A DNA stretch of 20,000 nt from an uncultured virus (IMG/VR IMGVR_UViG_3300037499_000085). Taxonomy: Duplodnaviria; Heunggongvirae; Uroviricota; Caudoviricetes. Positions 7,711 to 16,693 of this stretch are shown in pieces. Both the position numbers and the translations under genes were made by a program. The DNA is taken from the IMG/VR virus record IMGVR_UViG_3300037499_000085; one strand, 5' to 3'. The first letter of the stretch is position 1. The number at the start of each line of letters is the position of its first letter. Below the pieces are notes generated by a model. That model was not told where the DNA came from. It did not search any database and worked only from the letters and a program-made list of their open reading frames with translations.

Positions 7711-8708
7711 CGGTGCTTCACCTCGACGACCGGAAGTTCCCACTTCCGCCGGACCGGCGCCGTGAACGGTTCACCGAGCAGGGCGTCTTGGATGACTGCC
7801 TCGTCGCCGGTCCGGGGTTCTTCCATGGTGTTCTTGCCGGTGCGGTCCGGCAAGAGGCCGTTCCGGTAGGTGCGATGGGTGCAGCCCTGACACGGTGCGT
7901 AGTCCCGTCTGCCCGCGTACAACCGGCGCCGTGCCGCCTGGAACTCTTCGCCCTGCCACAGACCGGACAGCCGGATCCGCTTTACCGAACCGATCTTGTA
8001 GACACCTCGCCAGTCGTTGCAGCACAGGGCCACGTTGCCGTCCCACCGGACGCTGATCTCCCGGAAGGGAAGCGCGCACCGCTCACCGTTCCTCCGGTCG
8101 TCCAGCTCCCCCGCTGAACCAGCATGGTTGGACAGATGACTGTGGTTGCCGGTGTTCGCCTGACTGATGTCCTGGACGAGTACGAGGCGCCGTTCAGCGC
8201 CACGCGGCCGTCGGTGCGGGTTTCCTGCCGGGCCCCCCTGCGGGTACCGGTGCACCGTGACGCCGGGCAGGACGGTACTCAGGACCGCTTCCTCCGCCCG
8301 GTAGGGCCGGTAGTTGTCGACCGCGATGGTGTTCGCCCCGGCATCGAACAAGTCGGCCACGGCGGAGCGCCACCGGTCCAGCAACGGAATGCCGTTGGTC
8401 GTAACGAGCACCGGCCACGGACCGCGTTCGCGAAACGCAGAGACAAGCCTGGGAAGATCCTCGTTCATGGTGGGTTCGCCGTGCATGGCGAACTCGATGC
8501 GGGGATTCCACCCGGCGTCGGCGATGTCATCGGCGATCATGTCCGCCGTGTCCGGCGTCATGTACTTGTACGGGCCGCTGAGGTTGTCCCGGTCACCACT
8601 CTCGCGGATACCCCGGATGCCGCAGAAACCGCACCTGAGGTTGCAGCCCTCGGTCGCCTCGACCTGGACACTGTTGGGCGGATCTTGGGTGACTTGCGTG
8701 CGGGTCAT
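7707..8708 (-). CDS. Radical SAM enzyme with SPASM/twitch domain
   Basis: CxxxCxxC (CNLRCGFC), HGEPTM, VTTNG, and C-terminal CALPF...DGNVALCC...PCQGC. Start at ATG 8708 by the ATGA overlap, with GGAG upstream. Confidence 0.9.
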   Translation of the reverse strand: MTRTQVTQDPPNSVQVEATEGCNLRCGFCGIRGIRESGDRDNLSGPYKYMTPDTADMIADDIADAGWNPRIEFAMHGEPTMNEDLPRLVSAFRERGPWPVLVTTNGIPLLDRWRSAVADLFDAGANTIAVDNYRPYRAEEAVLSTVLPGVTVHRYPQGGPAGNPHRRPRGAERRLVLVQDISQANTGNHSHLSNHAGSAGELDDRRNGERCALPFREISVRWDGNVALCCNDWRGVYKIGSVKRIRLSGLWQGEEFQAARRRLYAGRRDYAPCQGCTHRTYRNGLLPDRTGKNTMEEPRTGDEAVIQDALLGEPFTAPVRRKWELPVVEVKHR

Positions 8709-9676
8709 ACCCACTCCTTGATCATGCGCTCCGCGATCATCTGTGCGTCGTGATCCCACAGGACGGGCCGGACGTCGTTGCCAGCGAGCAGCGGGCCCTT
8801 CAGCAGCTCGACCAGATCCTCCGCGTTGGCCACCGGGTGCGCATACGGAGCCATCTCGTCGAGCATGCTGTCCCCGGTCAACCACGCCTTGTTGATGACC
8901 AGTTGGGACCCGGCGTCGAGCGCTTCAAGAAAGGTGTACTGCGTCCCGCCGCCGTCCCCCTTGATCACACTGAGGTCCACCGCGTAGCTCGCGAACCGGG
9001 CCACCCGCACACCTGCCCACAAGCTGGACCGGTGCATGGGGCCGGTGTAGTACGTACGCCAGTCGGGGTCGAGCGCGTCGAGCTTGTGATGGGTGTACAG
9101 CCGGTTCTCGGCACCGTGAATGCGGATGCGGTGCTCCGGCGGAAGCGCGAGGTTGGCCATGACCATGAAATCGGTTCGCTTGTCCCAGTCGAGCCGGGCG
9201 AAGGACGCCGCATGGTACCGGCGCCCGGTACGAGGTGGCATGGCGCAACGTACGTACGGGTGCGGCATGTACCGGGCGTGCGGCAGGTGCCGGAGCATGG
9301 TCCGCCGGATGACCCACAGCGGAGCGCCGCCGTGGTCCACGGCGTCCCGCATTCCGCCCTTCAGCTCCGTAGGGTCATGGATGACAAGCGCCGCACCGGC
9401 GTCCCTGAGTTCGGCCGTCAGTTCCGGCCCTGCGGACTTGTCCACCGCAGTGATGATCATCCGGCCGCTACGGGCCAGGACGTCCAGTCCGGCGGCAGAC
9501 ATGTTCCGGTACTGCAACCCCATGCCGAAGTCGCGCTCATGGTTCTCGGTACGGTTGCCCTGCTTGACCAGGCTGACCGTGTGACCGGCTGCTCGCAGCC
9601 CACGGGCCAGATGCGCGGTGTAGCTGACCCACCCGCCCGTCACCGGCTTCGCCAAATAGGCCAGGGTGACGTTCAC
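8705..9676 (-). CDS. Glycosyltransferase, GT-B fold (TET-associated type)
   Basis: N-terminal GGWVSYTAHLARGLRAAGHTV, VIHDPTE, FARLDWDKR and GGGTQYTFLEALDAG resemble GT-B/GT4-type motifs. GTG 9676 overlaps the stop of the ParB-like gene. Confidence 0.75.
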   Translation of the reverse strand: MNVTLAYLAKPVTGGWVSYTAHLARGLRAAGHTVSLVKQGNRTENHERDFGMGLQYRNMSAAGLDVLARSGRMIITAVDKSAGPELTAELRDAGAALVIHDPTELKGGMRDAVDHGGAPLWVIRRTMLRHLPHARYMPHPYVRCAMPPRTGRRYHAASFARLDWDKRTDFMVMANLALPPEHRIRIHGAENRLYTHHKLDALDPDWRTYYTGPMHRSSLWAGVRVARFASYAVDLSVIKGDGGGTQYTFLEALDAGSQLVINKAWLTGDSMLDEMAPYAHPVANAEDLVELLKGPLLAGNDVRPVLWDHDAQMIAERMIKEWV

Positions 9677-10404
9677 TCGGCAGGCTCCTCGACCAGAACC
9701 TTGGTGCTCGGTTCTGCGGCGCATGAGCACTCGGACGCCAGAGCCACCGCAGCCACCCGAGCCGCGCGGAGTACGGTCTCCCCCTGGCTCAACTGCCCCC
9801 AGGATTCCCGGAGTTTGGTGATCAGCTTGCCCAGTTCGTCAGCCTGCTCGACCGGAAGCGCCAGGATGACGTCCCGGACGCCCCGGGATTCCATGGTGCG
9901 GGATTCCGGGTCTCCCTGTTCGCGGATGCGCTCCTCACGCTCCCCGATGTCGTCGTTGTACTCAGCTACCTCCGGCTCCCGGTATTCGGTGATCTCGGCT
10001 TCCTCGTACTTCGCGAGGATGCTGTCGACTTCCGCCTCGTCGTAGCCGATGCCGGTGTAGTCGTCCAGGCCGGAGAGGATCGCGGCGAGCGCCTGCTCGT
10101 CGTCCTCGGCGAGATCGCTGGACCGGTTGTCGACGATGTTGATCCGGCGCGCAGTGTCCTCGTCGCACTCGATGATCTCGCACCGGGCCTGAGCACCGCC
10201 CAGCTCGTCTATGGCGATCATGGTGTGGTTTCCCGCGAGCACCACCTGAGGCCCGTCCTTGATCTCCCGGACGATGAGCGACCGGTACTGGCCGTTCTTC
10301 ACGATGGACTCTTTGATCACGTCCACCCGGCCGCGCCGTGCGTTTCCGGGGAACGGGATGAGCTGGTCGAGCGGCAGCATTTCGGTTCGGAGGTAGCGGG
10401 TCAT
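9673..10404 (-). CDS. ParB/Srx-like N-terminal domain protein
   Basis: LPLDQLIPFPGNARRG...IKESIVKNGQYRSLIV...VLAGNHT...INIVDNRSSD, the phage ParB-like domain often associated with DNA-modification genes. Acidic C-terminal half. Confidence 0.85.
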   Translation of the reverse strand: MTRYLRTEMLPLDQLIPFPGNARRGRVDVIKESIVKNGQYRSLIVREIKDGPQVVLAGNHTMIAIDELGGAQARCEIIECDEDTARRINIVDNRSSDLAEDDEQALAAILSGLDDYTGIGYDEAEVDSILAKYEEAEITEYREPEVAEYNDDIGEREERIREQGDPESRTMESRGVRDVILALPVEQADELGKLITKLRESWGQLSQGETVLRAARVAAVALASECSCAAEPSTKVLVEEPAE

Positions 10405-11018
10405 ATGTCGGCGTCCTCAAGTTCGATCACGACGGCTCGGTCTTCCGCAGCTATGGTCGCACTTCGTTCGTCCGCCACCACGTACAGGACCCGGATCTCT
10501 GCATCGATCACTACGACTTCGCTGCTCGGTTCAACGGAATCGATCACGGCGTCGTACGCGGTGCCCGATCCGAATGCCGCGCCGGACACACCCTCGCTTG
10601 TGGCGTCCACTTCCGCGTTGTACGCGATGCCTGTGGCTGCGGCCGTACCGGCGGTGTACGACTGGCTAGGGCGGCCTTCAGGGTTGAAAGCCTCACCGGT
10701 GCCTGTCGCGGTGCCCGTGGTGGTCTGCACCGAAGCGTCGTAGGCCGTTCCGGTGCCGGTAGCTATGCCGGGCGTTGCCTCGAACGATGTGCCTGCCACG
10801 GCATCGAACGCCGTGCCGGTGCCGGTCGCCGTCTCCGGCGCAGCCTGCGACGCCGGTCCGGCCGTCGCGTCGAACGCTTCGCCGGTGCCGGTCGCCGTCT
10901 CCGGCGCAGCCTGCGCCGCCGGATCCGCCGTTGCGTCGAACGCCTCGCCGATGGCTTCCGCCGTACCGGCATCAGCTTCGGTTACCGCCTGAGCCTGGAA
11001 GAGGATCAGCAGAGACAC
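10401..11018 (-). CDS. Ala/Thr/Gly-rich repeat protein, putative virion fibre component
   Basis: GAGGAGG RBS before GTG. About 7 repeats of AxGxGxA(F/Y)(D/N)A. C-terminal repeated (I/V)xA(E/D)xR motif. Confidence 0.7.
   Translation of the reverse strand: MSLLILFQAQAVTEADAGTAEAIGEAFDATADPAAQAAPETATGTGEAFDATAGPASQAAPETATGTGTAFDAVAGTSFEATPGIATGTGTAYDASVQTTTGTATGTGEAFNPEGRPSQSYTAGTAAATGIAYNAEVDATSEGVSGAAFGSGTAYDAVIDSVEPSSEVVVIDAEIRVLYVVADERSATIAAEDRAVVIELEDADI
10815..10915. repeat. Intragenic direct repeat with 66-bp period (35-bp identical core)
   Basis: GCCGGTGCCGGTCGCCGTCTCCGGCGCAGCCTGCG at 10815 and 10881, encoding QAAPETATGTG twice. Confidence 0.9.
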
Positions 11019-11050
11019 GGCTTCCTCCTCGTCCGGGTCAGGTCAGGGCA

Positions 11051-12805
11051 TCAAACGTTCATGGGGTTGATCTCAATCTTGACCCCGATGTACGGAGCGC
11101 TAGCCGTAGCCACGGCTCCCGTGGGGAACGTGTTGGGTAGGGCTCCGGTGCCCTGGCCGGTCAGCCGGAACCCACTCGGAATGGATGCGGTAGTGGTGTA
11201 CGCGTTCCCGTTGGTCTGCACGTTGGGCATGACGAAGTTCGGGCCCTGGATGACCCGGAACGTATGGGCCTGGCCTACGGTGATCACCTTCATGGCAAGC
11301 CAGTACAAGCCCGGATCCATGTAGTGATTGATTGATCCGGTACCGCTGGTCGGAGAAAATTTCGGCCCTGCTGTTCCAGTCACGCTGAACGCTCCAGCCG
11401 CTGTTAGTTCGGTGACCAGATCCTTCGGGTACCCGTCCCACGCGATATCTTCGTACACCCCCCACCGGATGGTGGATGGGCTGACATTGTCCGTTGCTGC
11501 AAGTTGCATCGCGAACTGAGTCATCCGGTCCCGGGCATTAGTGATCCAGAACGGAATCGCCCACAAATCTTCAGCAACCGGGGTCGCAGCGGACGCCACT
11601 GTGTAATCAGCGGTGTACCAACGACCGCTGATGTGCGGACGCAGGATCCCACCGGCGCGCGGTGCTGACGGGTTGAGATTCTGTGTCGGGCTGTCCGATG
11701 TGGGGGTAAGCCGCCGCATGGCGCTTCGTATGGCGTCTGCGATGCGCGCTGCTCCGCGTTCGTCCGGGTGCAAGCCGTCCGAGCTGTACCAGATCTTCGC
11801 CAGCGCGGAGTCAATGTCGGCGATCTGCACCATGGAATCGAACTCGGAGACCAGCGCGCGAAGGTCCGCGTTCCAGGTGTCCACATCATCGTCACGAGAC
11901 GATTCGGTACCGGCCCACCCGGGATAGCTGTTCGTGTACCCGGTGGCGGTCAATTTGCTGATGTTGCACACAACGACCGGCGGGGGAACCTTCGATTCGA
12001 GCCACCAGCAGTCGAACATCACCGCGCCACCGGAATCCATGGCAGTCACTGTGCCGACGATGGTGTCTCCAGCGTTGGCCGACGTGAGGCCGGTTACCCG
12101 CTTGATGATCGGGCAGTGTGTAGCAGCGGCTGACGGCATGACGTCTGATGTGTTGGTCGTACCGGTGACCCCGGCCGTGCCGGACCACGTCACGGTGCCT
12201 GCCGCCGCACCTCCGGCCCCTACCAGGAGGATGCCGATCGGCTCGCCGTCGTAGTCCGCCGGGAGGGTCAGTGTGAAGAAATCGTCCGCGTCCGGCGTGC
12301 CGTCGATACACCAGTGAACTGAGTTGTTGGTCGTGTAGGCAACCGGAGCGATCTCACCAAATCCGGCGCCGTACGACGTGCGGGTACCCACCTGGAAGTT
12401 GTTCTCGTAGATCACCGACGCACGCCATATGCTGAGGGCCGTCCGCATGGCGTGAATGAACCCGGTCCTGATCTGCGTGGTGACGCCGGTCACGCCCATG
12501 TCGTTGATGCCGTAGCAGAGCACCATGGCCCCGCCCTCGGATACGTACGGGCCGCCGCGTTGCGGGCGGTTGGTGCGCTTGAGGATGCGCTCGTACCCGC
12601 CGGTGGAACTCCCCTCCGTGGTGATCCGGGCGCCGGACACCGCGAAGTTGTGCCAGTTCACCGTCTCGATGTCCAGGGATGCCCGGAACAAGGAATCGGA
12701 CCGGCCGGTCTGGAAGTACGTTCCGAAGCTGTAGTTCATGAACGAATGGCCGTAGACGGTCCAGAAGTCCGGGACCTGATATTCCTTGCGTGCTTCGAGT
12801 GGCAT
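11051..12805 (-). CDS. SGNH/GDSL hydrolase domain protein, probably virion-associated
   Basis: SGNH blocks: YGHS (I), NFAVSGA (II), YGIND (III), DGLHP (V). A beta-rich insert lies between blocks III and V, and there is a C-terminal beta domain (PGLYWLA). Confidence 0.8.
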   Translation of the reverse strand: MPLEARKEYQVPDFWTVYGHSFMNYSFGTYFQTGRSDSLFRASLDIETVNWHNFAVSGARITTEGSSTGGYERILKRTNRPQRGGPYVSEGGAMVLCYGINDMGVTGVTTQIRTGFIHAMRTALSIWRASVIYENNFQVGTRTSYGAGFGEIAPVAYTTNNSVHWCIDGTPDADDFFTLTLPADYDGEPIGILLVGAGGAAAGTVTWSGTAGVTGTTNTSDVMPSAAATHCPIIKRVTGLTSANAGDTIVGTVTAMDSGGAVMFDCWWLESKVPPPVVVCNISKLTATGYTNSYPGWAGTESSRDDDVDTWNADLRALVSEFDSMVQIADIDSALAKIWYSSDGLHPDERGAARIADAIRSAMRRLTPTSDSPTQNLNPSAPRAGGILRPHISGRWYTADYTVASAATPVAEDLWAIPFWITNARDRMTQFAMQLAATDNVSPSTIRWGVYEDIAWDGYPKDLVTELTAAGAFSVTGTAGPKFSPTSGTGSINHYMDPGLYWLAMKVITVGQAHTFRVIQGPNFVMPNVQTNGNAYTTTASIPSGFRLTGQGTGALPNTFPTGAVATASAPYIGVKIEINPMNV

Positions 12806-12811
12806 GAGTCC

Positions 12812-13204
12812 TCAACTCGCAGTGGCCAGGAGGGAATTCACGGTGCCGGTGCCGGTCGCCTGTCCGAGCATGGACACTGCGAGCTGCGCGAGCATCTGAG
12901 GAACTTCCCACCGGTCTCCGGCGTCCAGGTACCAATGATGCGTAGCCGACGTCGGAGCGGTCGCGTCGAACCGCAGGTACACCCGCACGTTGGACGAGTT
13001 GACGATCAGTAGAGAGACCCGGTTGGCGTCGGCCGCAATCTGCGACGTGCTCGCGGTCGTGCTCGGGGTCCAGGCGTTGATCGCCGCCGCTGCCGTGGCG
13101 TACGCCTGCCGGACCACCTGATCATGGTCACCCGCCGCCCGCACGAAGGAATTGATCTCCGTACCGGCACCAGCCGTGATCGCAACGTTACTGTCGGAGC
13201 CCAT
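12812..13204 (-). CDS. Hypothetical beta-rich protein, putative structural
   Basis: 130-aa ORF tiling the operon. The segment NRVSLLIVNSSNVRVYLRF suggests a small beta-sandwich. Confidence 0.65.
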   Translation of the reverse strand: MGSDSNVAITAGAGTEINSFVRAAGDHDQVVRQAYATAAAAINAWTPSTTASTSQIAADANRVSLLIVNSSNVRVYLRFDATAPTSATHHWYLDAGDRWEVPQMLAQLAVSMLGQATGTGTVNSLLATAS

Positions 13205-13217
13205 GATCAGTCAGCTC

Positions 13218-13721
13218 CTAGACCGTGATCCGGTAGACACCATTCGAGTTCCAGAGAATGCTGTAGGTACCTGCGGTCACACCAGTCGTGCCCCCGAAAT
13301 AGTTGAACGAGATACCTTGATCGGCGATACCGCCGGTTCCGGCCGTGGTGTCGTCGTCGTACACCAGGCACCCGTGGATGCCGGACATGGTGACCGTGGC
13401 GGAACCCACGATGTTGTCCGCATCGAACATGATCACACCGGATGACGGAGTGGTGAGCGTCTTGCTCGCAAGTGCCCTGCCACCTGCCACCCATTCGGAC
13501 GCACCGGTCACCTCGTCGGCCGTCAACCAGGTACCCGTGTTGTAGCCGGTGGACGTACGGGCGGCATTGCGGTCCGGGACCACGTCGTCATTGAACAGAG
13601 CAGCCTTCACCCCGTCGAGCACTAGACCGCCGTATCCAGCGGGCAGTACTCCGGCCGTCTGGCCATGGCCCATGCACGACCTGACCCACTCCCGGAAGAT
13701 CCTGCTGTCTGTCCAAGCCAT
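13218..13721 (-). CDS. Putative virion fibre subunit
   Basis: GGAG RBS. VKAALF...EVTG..WVAGGRAL...FDAD...GCLVYDD...YFGG pattern resembles small phage fibre proteins (recognised from memory). Confidence 0.65.
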   Translation of the reverse strand: MAWTDSRIFREWVRSCMGHGQTAGVLPAGYGGLVLDGVKAALFNDDVVPDRNAARTSTGYNTGTWLTADEVTGASEWVAGGRALASKTLTTPSSGVIMFDADNIVGSATVTMSGIHGCLVYDDDTTAGTGGIADQGISFNYFGGTTGVTAGTYSILWNSNGVYRITV

Positions 13722-13724
13722 AGC

Positions 13725-14042
13725 TCAGCTCCCGTATCCTCGCGCGGTTGGTACGTAGATCACCGCGTCGTTGCTGCCGTCCGGCCGGTTGACCGTCACA
13801 GACATGATGGGCCTGCCGTTGCCGTCGTACAGCACATCCTCACGCCCTACGTAGTCCTCGCGCTCTGTAGCAATCACCTGCGCCCCCGAGCCGACCGGCA
13901 CCATCGGAGTCGTCAGCCCGGCCAGTCCGGCGCAGTCGTGGTAGCGGTTCGGAACAGACGCCGGAGTCACGACCATCACGGTGCAATTGGGACATTCCCA
14001 CTGACGGGGAGGCGGTTCAAGATTGGCGATCACGTCGATCAC
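13725..14042 (-). CDS. Hypothetical protein with CxxC...HxC motif
   Basis: GTGA overlap with the upstream gene. WECPNC...YHDC is a possible Zn site. Confidence 0.7.
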   Translation of the reverse strand: MIDVIANLEPPPRQWECPNCTVMVVTPASVPNRYHDCAGLAGLTTPMVPVGSGAQVIATEREDYVGREDVLYDGNGRPIMSVTVNRPDGSNDAVIYVPTARGYGS

Positions 14043-15181
14043 TGTACCAACACGGTGCGAGGGTCGGCTTCGACCACATGGACACGTGCACCGACCACCC
14101 GAGTCTCACTGGTGAGCTGCATGGTCAAGGAAGACAGTGTGCCGGACAGTGCGCCTTCGATGCTCACGTTACCGGTCGCACTTCCGGTGATCTTGGACAG
14201 GTTGCCGATCAGTGATCCGGGCGCGGCCACACTGCCGTCGAGATCGCCAGTCACAGGTGCCAGGACTCCAGTCATCTCCGCGTTCACGGTCACTGACACG
14301 TCCACGTCTCCGGTGAGCGCGAGCAGAGCGCCGGTCATGGTGCCGGTGATGCTAGCTTCTGTGGTCACTTCCCCGGTGAGCGCGAGCAGAGTACCGGTCA
14401 GGGTGGCCCCCACCGTGGCCGTGACGTCCACCGAGCCAGTCAGCGGGGCGATGGTGCCGACCAGGGCGCCGGAAACCTCCAGGTCGCCGTCTGCGTCGCC
14501 CGTGACCGGTTCGAGCACGCCGACCAGCGATGCGTTGACCCGGGTAGTGCCGGACGCAGTACCAGTGACCACGGACAAGGTGCCGGACAGTTCACCGTCG
14601 ACCAGAACCTCCCCGAGGAAGCTCCCTGTCGAAGCTGTGATCACGGGAAGTGTGCCGTCCAGCACGTTGGTCCGGTTGGCGACAAAGAACCCGGTGATCG
14701 CGGGCAGGATGCCTACGAGAATGTCCGCCTCCACGTCGGCCGTGATGCTGCCGGTGAACGCGGGCAGCACACCAGGCATGGTTCCGGTGATACTAGCGTC
14801 TCCGGCCATGTCGCCTGTGAACGGGGTGAGTTCGCCGGGCAACGTACCTGCCACCAGAACGTCACCGGACGCGGTTCCGGTGACCACGCCGAGAGTGCCG
14901 GTCAAGGTGGTCCCCACCGTGACCGTGACGTCCACCGAACCGGTTAGTGGGGTGAGGGTGCCGACCAGGGCGCCGGAGGCCGTCACATCGCCTTCTGCGT
15001 CGCCCGTCAGCGGGAGCAGCACGCCGGTCATGGATACAGCGACGAACAGGGCACCGGTGGCCGCCCCGGTGACCGCACCGAGCACGCCGGTCAGCTCGCC
15101 GTCGACAGGGTCCGGTTCCCGCAGCGGATGAATGATCGTTGTGTACGCTCCGGCCGGTTGGCCGCGCCCGAGCCGGGTCAT
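14039..15181 (-). CDS. Long beta-repeat protein (about 16 x 21 aa), putative fibre rod
   Basis: Repeats of (L/M)xGxLxx(L/V/F/I)TG. An internal duplication has a 504-bp offset (CACCGTG at 14411 and 14915). C-terminus RVHVVEADPRTVLV. Confidence 0.75.
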   Translation of the reverse strand: MTRLGRGQPAGAYTTIIHPLREPDPVDGELTGVLGAVTGAATGALFVAVSMTGVLLPLTGDAEGDVTASGALVGTLTPLTGSVDVTVTVGTTLTGTLGVVTGTASGDVLVAGTLPGELTPFTGDMAGDASITGTMPGVLPAFTGSITADVEADILVGILPAITGFFVANRTNVLDGTLPVITASTGSFLGEVLVDGELSGTLSVVTGTASGTTRVNASLVGVLEPVTGDADGDLEVSGALVGTIAPLTGSVDVTATVGATLTGTLLALTGEVTTEASITGTMTGALLALTGDVDVSVTVNAEMTGVLAPVTGDLDGSVAAPGSLIGNLSKITGSATGNVSIEGALSGTLSSLTMQLTSETRVVGARVHVVEADPRTVLVQ

Positions 15182-15184
15182 GGG

Positions 15185-15682
15185 CTACACCTCGAACACG
15201 ATGTACGCGATGACCGTATAAGTAGCCTGTGTGGCGATCCGGAGCTGGGCGAACTTCCCGCCTTGCACGACGTAGTCCCGCCCGAGGGGGAACTGCTTCT
15301 CGTAGTGCTCGGTGGGATCCCCGAGAAATCCGGCGAACTGGCGCTCGGTCGTGTTGGTCGTGATCGCGCCGAGACCGAACCCGGTGGATCCGGTGCCCAT
15401 GGCCAGTGGGCATGTACGTGAGCTGTCGCCCACCGGCAGGATGGTGGCCGTACTGTGCGCCGTGGTCATCGTGCTGGCCGCACTGGCCTGCACCAAGGTG
15501 TACACCGTCTTGGCCGCCGGAGCCGTAGCCGACGACGACACGCCCCATTCAACCACTCGGAGATCGTTGCCGGACGCGGGCGCGAGCTGTATCGCGCACT
15601 TCGCTCCGGATGCGTACGACGTACCGGCCATGACGCCAGTCGTCGCGTCGATCGCACAGTTGTACGCCACGTAAAGAGTCAT
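15185..15682 (-). CDS. Hypothetical beta-rich protein, putative structural
   Basis: ATGA overlap, 165 aa, Ala/Thr/Gly-rich, tiles the operon. Confidence 0.65.
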   Translation of the reverse strand: MTLYVAYNCAIDATTGVMAGTSYASGAKCAIQLAPASGNDLRVVEWGVSSSATAPAAKTVYTLVQASAASTMTTAHSTATILPVGDSSRTCPLAMGTGSTGFGLGAITTNTTERQFAGFLGDPTEHYEKQFPLGRDYVVQGGKFAQLRIATQATYTVIAYIVFEV

Positions 15683-15945
15683 GCCGCCGCCGCCCCGTAC
15701 ACCATCATGTACGCCGCGTCACGGTTCGCACCGGCCGGAACGGTGATCGTGGTTCCGCTGACGGACATGCTCGCCGCCGCCGCGACCGTGGTCCCGATCA
15801 CCACTGCACGCTTCACCACAGAGAACTGCTCATGCACACCCATGGTGTCGCCGCCGGTCACGTCGAGCAGCGCGTACACCGCAGTACGGTCGGAGTCTCC
15901 AGACATCCACTTGACCGGAAACCTGTTCAGCGGAAGCTCAGCCAT
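15679..15945 (-). CDS. Small hypothetical protein, putative structural
   Basis: GAGG upstream, 88 aa, coupled to the next gene by ATGA. Confidence 0.65.
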   Translation of the reverse strand: MAELPLNRFPVKWMSGDSDRTAVYALLDVTGGDTMGVHEQFSVVKRAVVIGTTVAAAASMSVSGTTITVPAGANRDAAYMMVYGAAAA

Positions 15946-15958
15946 AGTTGATCACGCC

Positions 15959-16687
15959 TCACCATGTCGATGCACGGCGGACCGCCGTCGAATGAATCTT
16001 AGATGCACCTGCCCCGGAGGGTTCTTCCATGAGCGCTCCGGCCGCGAACACCCACCCAAGATTCGTGGTCCCGGTGGCCGTGAACGCCGGAGCAGTGCCG
16101 GTACCGAGCTGCTCCGTGAACAGGACCGCCGGTGTAGAGATGGTGGTGGTCGCCACCACCTCACCACGCTCGACCCAGCTCCCCCCGGGCCCGGCAGGGT
16201 CGAAATCCGTGCCGGTCCAGCTCCCAAGACACAGCCCGGCCAGGTGCAGCGCCATGTCCGACGCCTGCACGCCGGTGAGCGCGACCGAGGTGGCAGAGTT
16301 CGTGATCGCATTGGTACGGGACACCGTGGCCGAAGTACGGAACGGGTCACCGGTGGCGATGACGCCGGTGTACCGGAGCATGGCCATGGCCGCGTACTTG
16401 CCGTACGTGCCGTCGTTGCTCACGGTGTACGACGCCGGTTCTGACGACGCTCTGCGCCACAGCAGAGCCGTGGTCACGTCGTGGTTGTACGCGCCACCGT
16501 CCTGCACCCCGTTGTGCGACGCCTTCAGCGTGAAACCCGGGGCGGACACAGCCACTCCGGCCGACTCGGACACACAGATGCCTATCAGCAGCATGTCCCC
16601 ATCCGCTGTGCCAGAAGGCACGGCGAGGGAGTTGCTGGCCACGTTGTTGGCCGTGGCCGTGGTCGCACTGCCGAAAGCGATGGGCAC
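15959..16687 (-). CDS. Putative minor virion protein with two related beta-sandwich halves
   Basis: VPSGTADGDMLLI / LTGVQASDMALH internal similarity, LWRRASSEPASYT, and C-terminal AVRRASTW. Confidence 0.65.
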   Translation of the reverse strand: MPIAFGSATTATANNVASNSLAVPSGTADGDMLLIGICVSESAGVAVSAPGFTLKASHNGVQDGGAYNHDVTTALLWRRASSEPASYTVSNDGTYGKYAAMAMLRYTGVIATGDPFRTSATVSRTNAITNSATSVALTGVQASDMALHLAGLCLGSWTGTDFDPAGPGGSWVERGEVVATTTISTPAVLFTEQLGTGTAPAFTATGTTNLGWVFAAGALMEEPSGAGASKIHSTAVRRASTW

Positions 16688-16693
16688 CCGCGA

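Noticed and set aside
7707..8708. RiPP maturase or QueE-like 7-deazaguanine enzyme
   Set aside because: No precursor peptide, RRE domain or queC/queD/folE/dpdA genes are nearby. The context is TET and glycosyltransferase.
7711..9730. Longer starts at 7743, 8885 and 9730 for the TET, radical SAM and GT genes
   Set aside because: They overlap upstream genes. The ATGA/GTGA-coupled starts at 7710, 8708 and 9676 fit better.
9673..10404. parABS partition system
   Set aside because: No ParA, HTH or parS is evident. This ParB-like domain fits the phage modification/packaging type.
10740..10950. Repeats as a CRISPR array
   Set aside because: They are in-frame coding repeats with related intervening sequence, and no cas genes are present.
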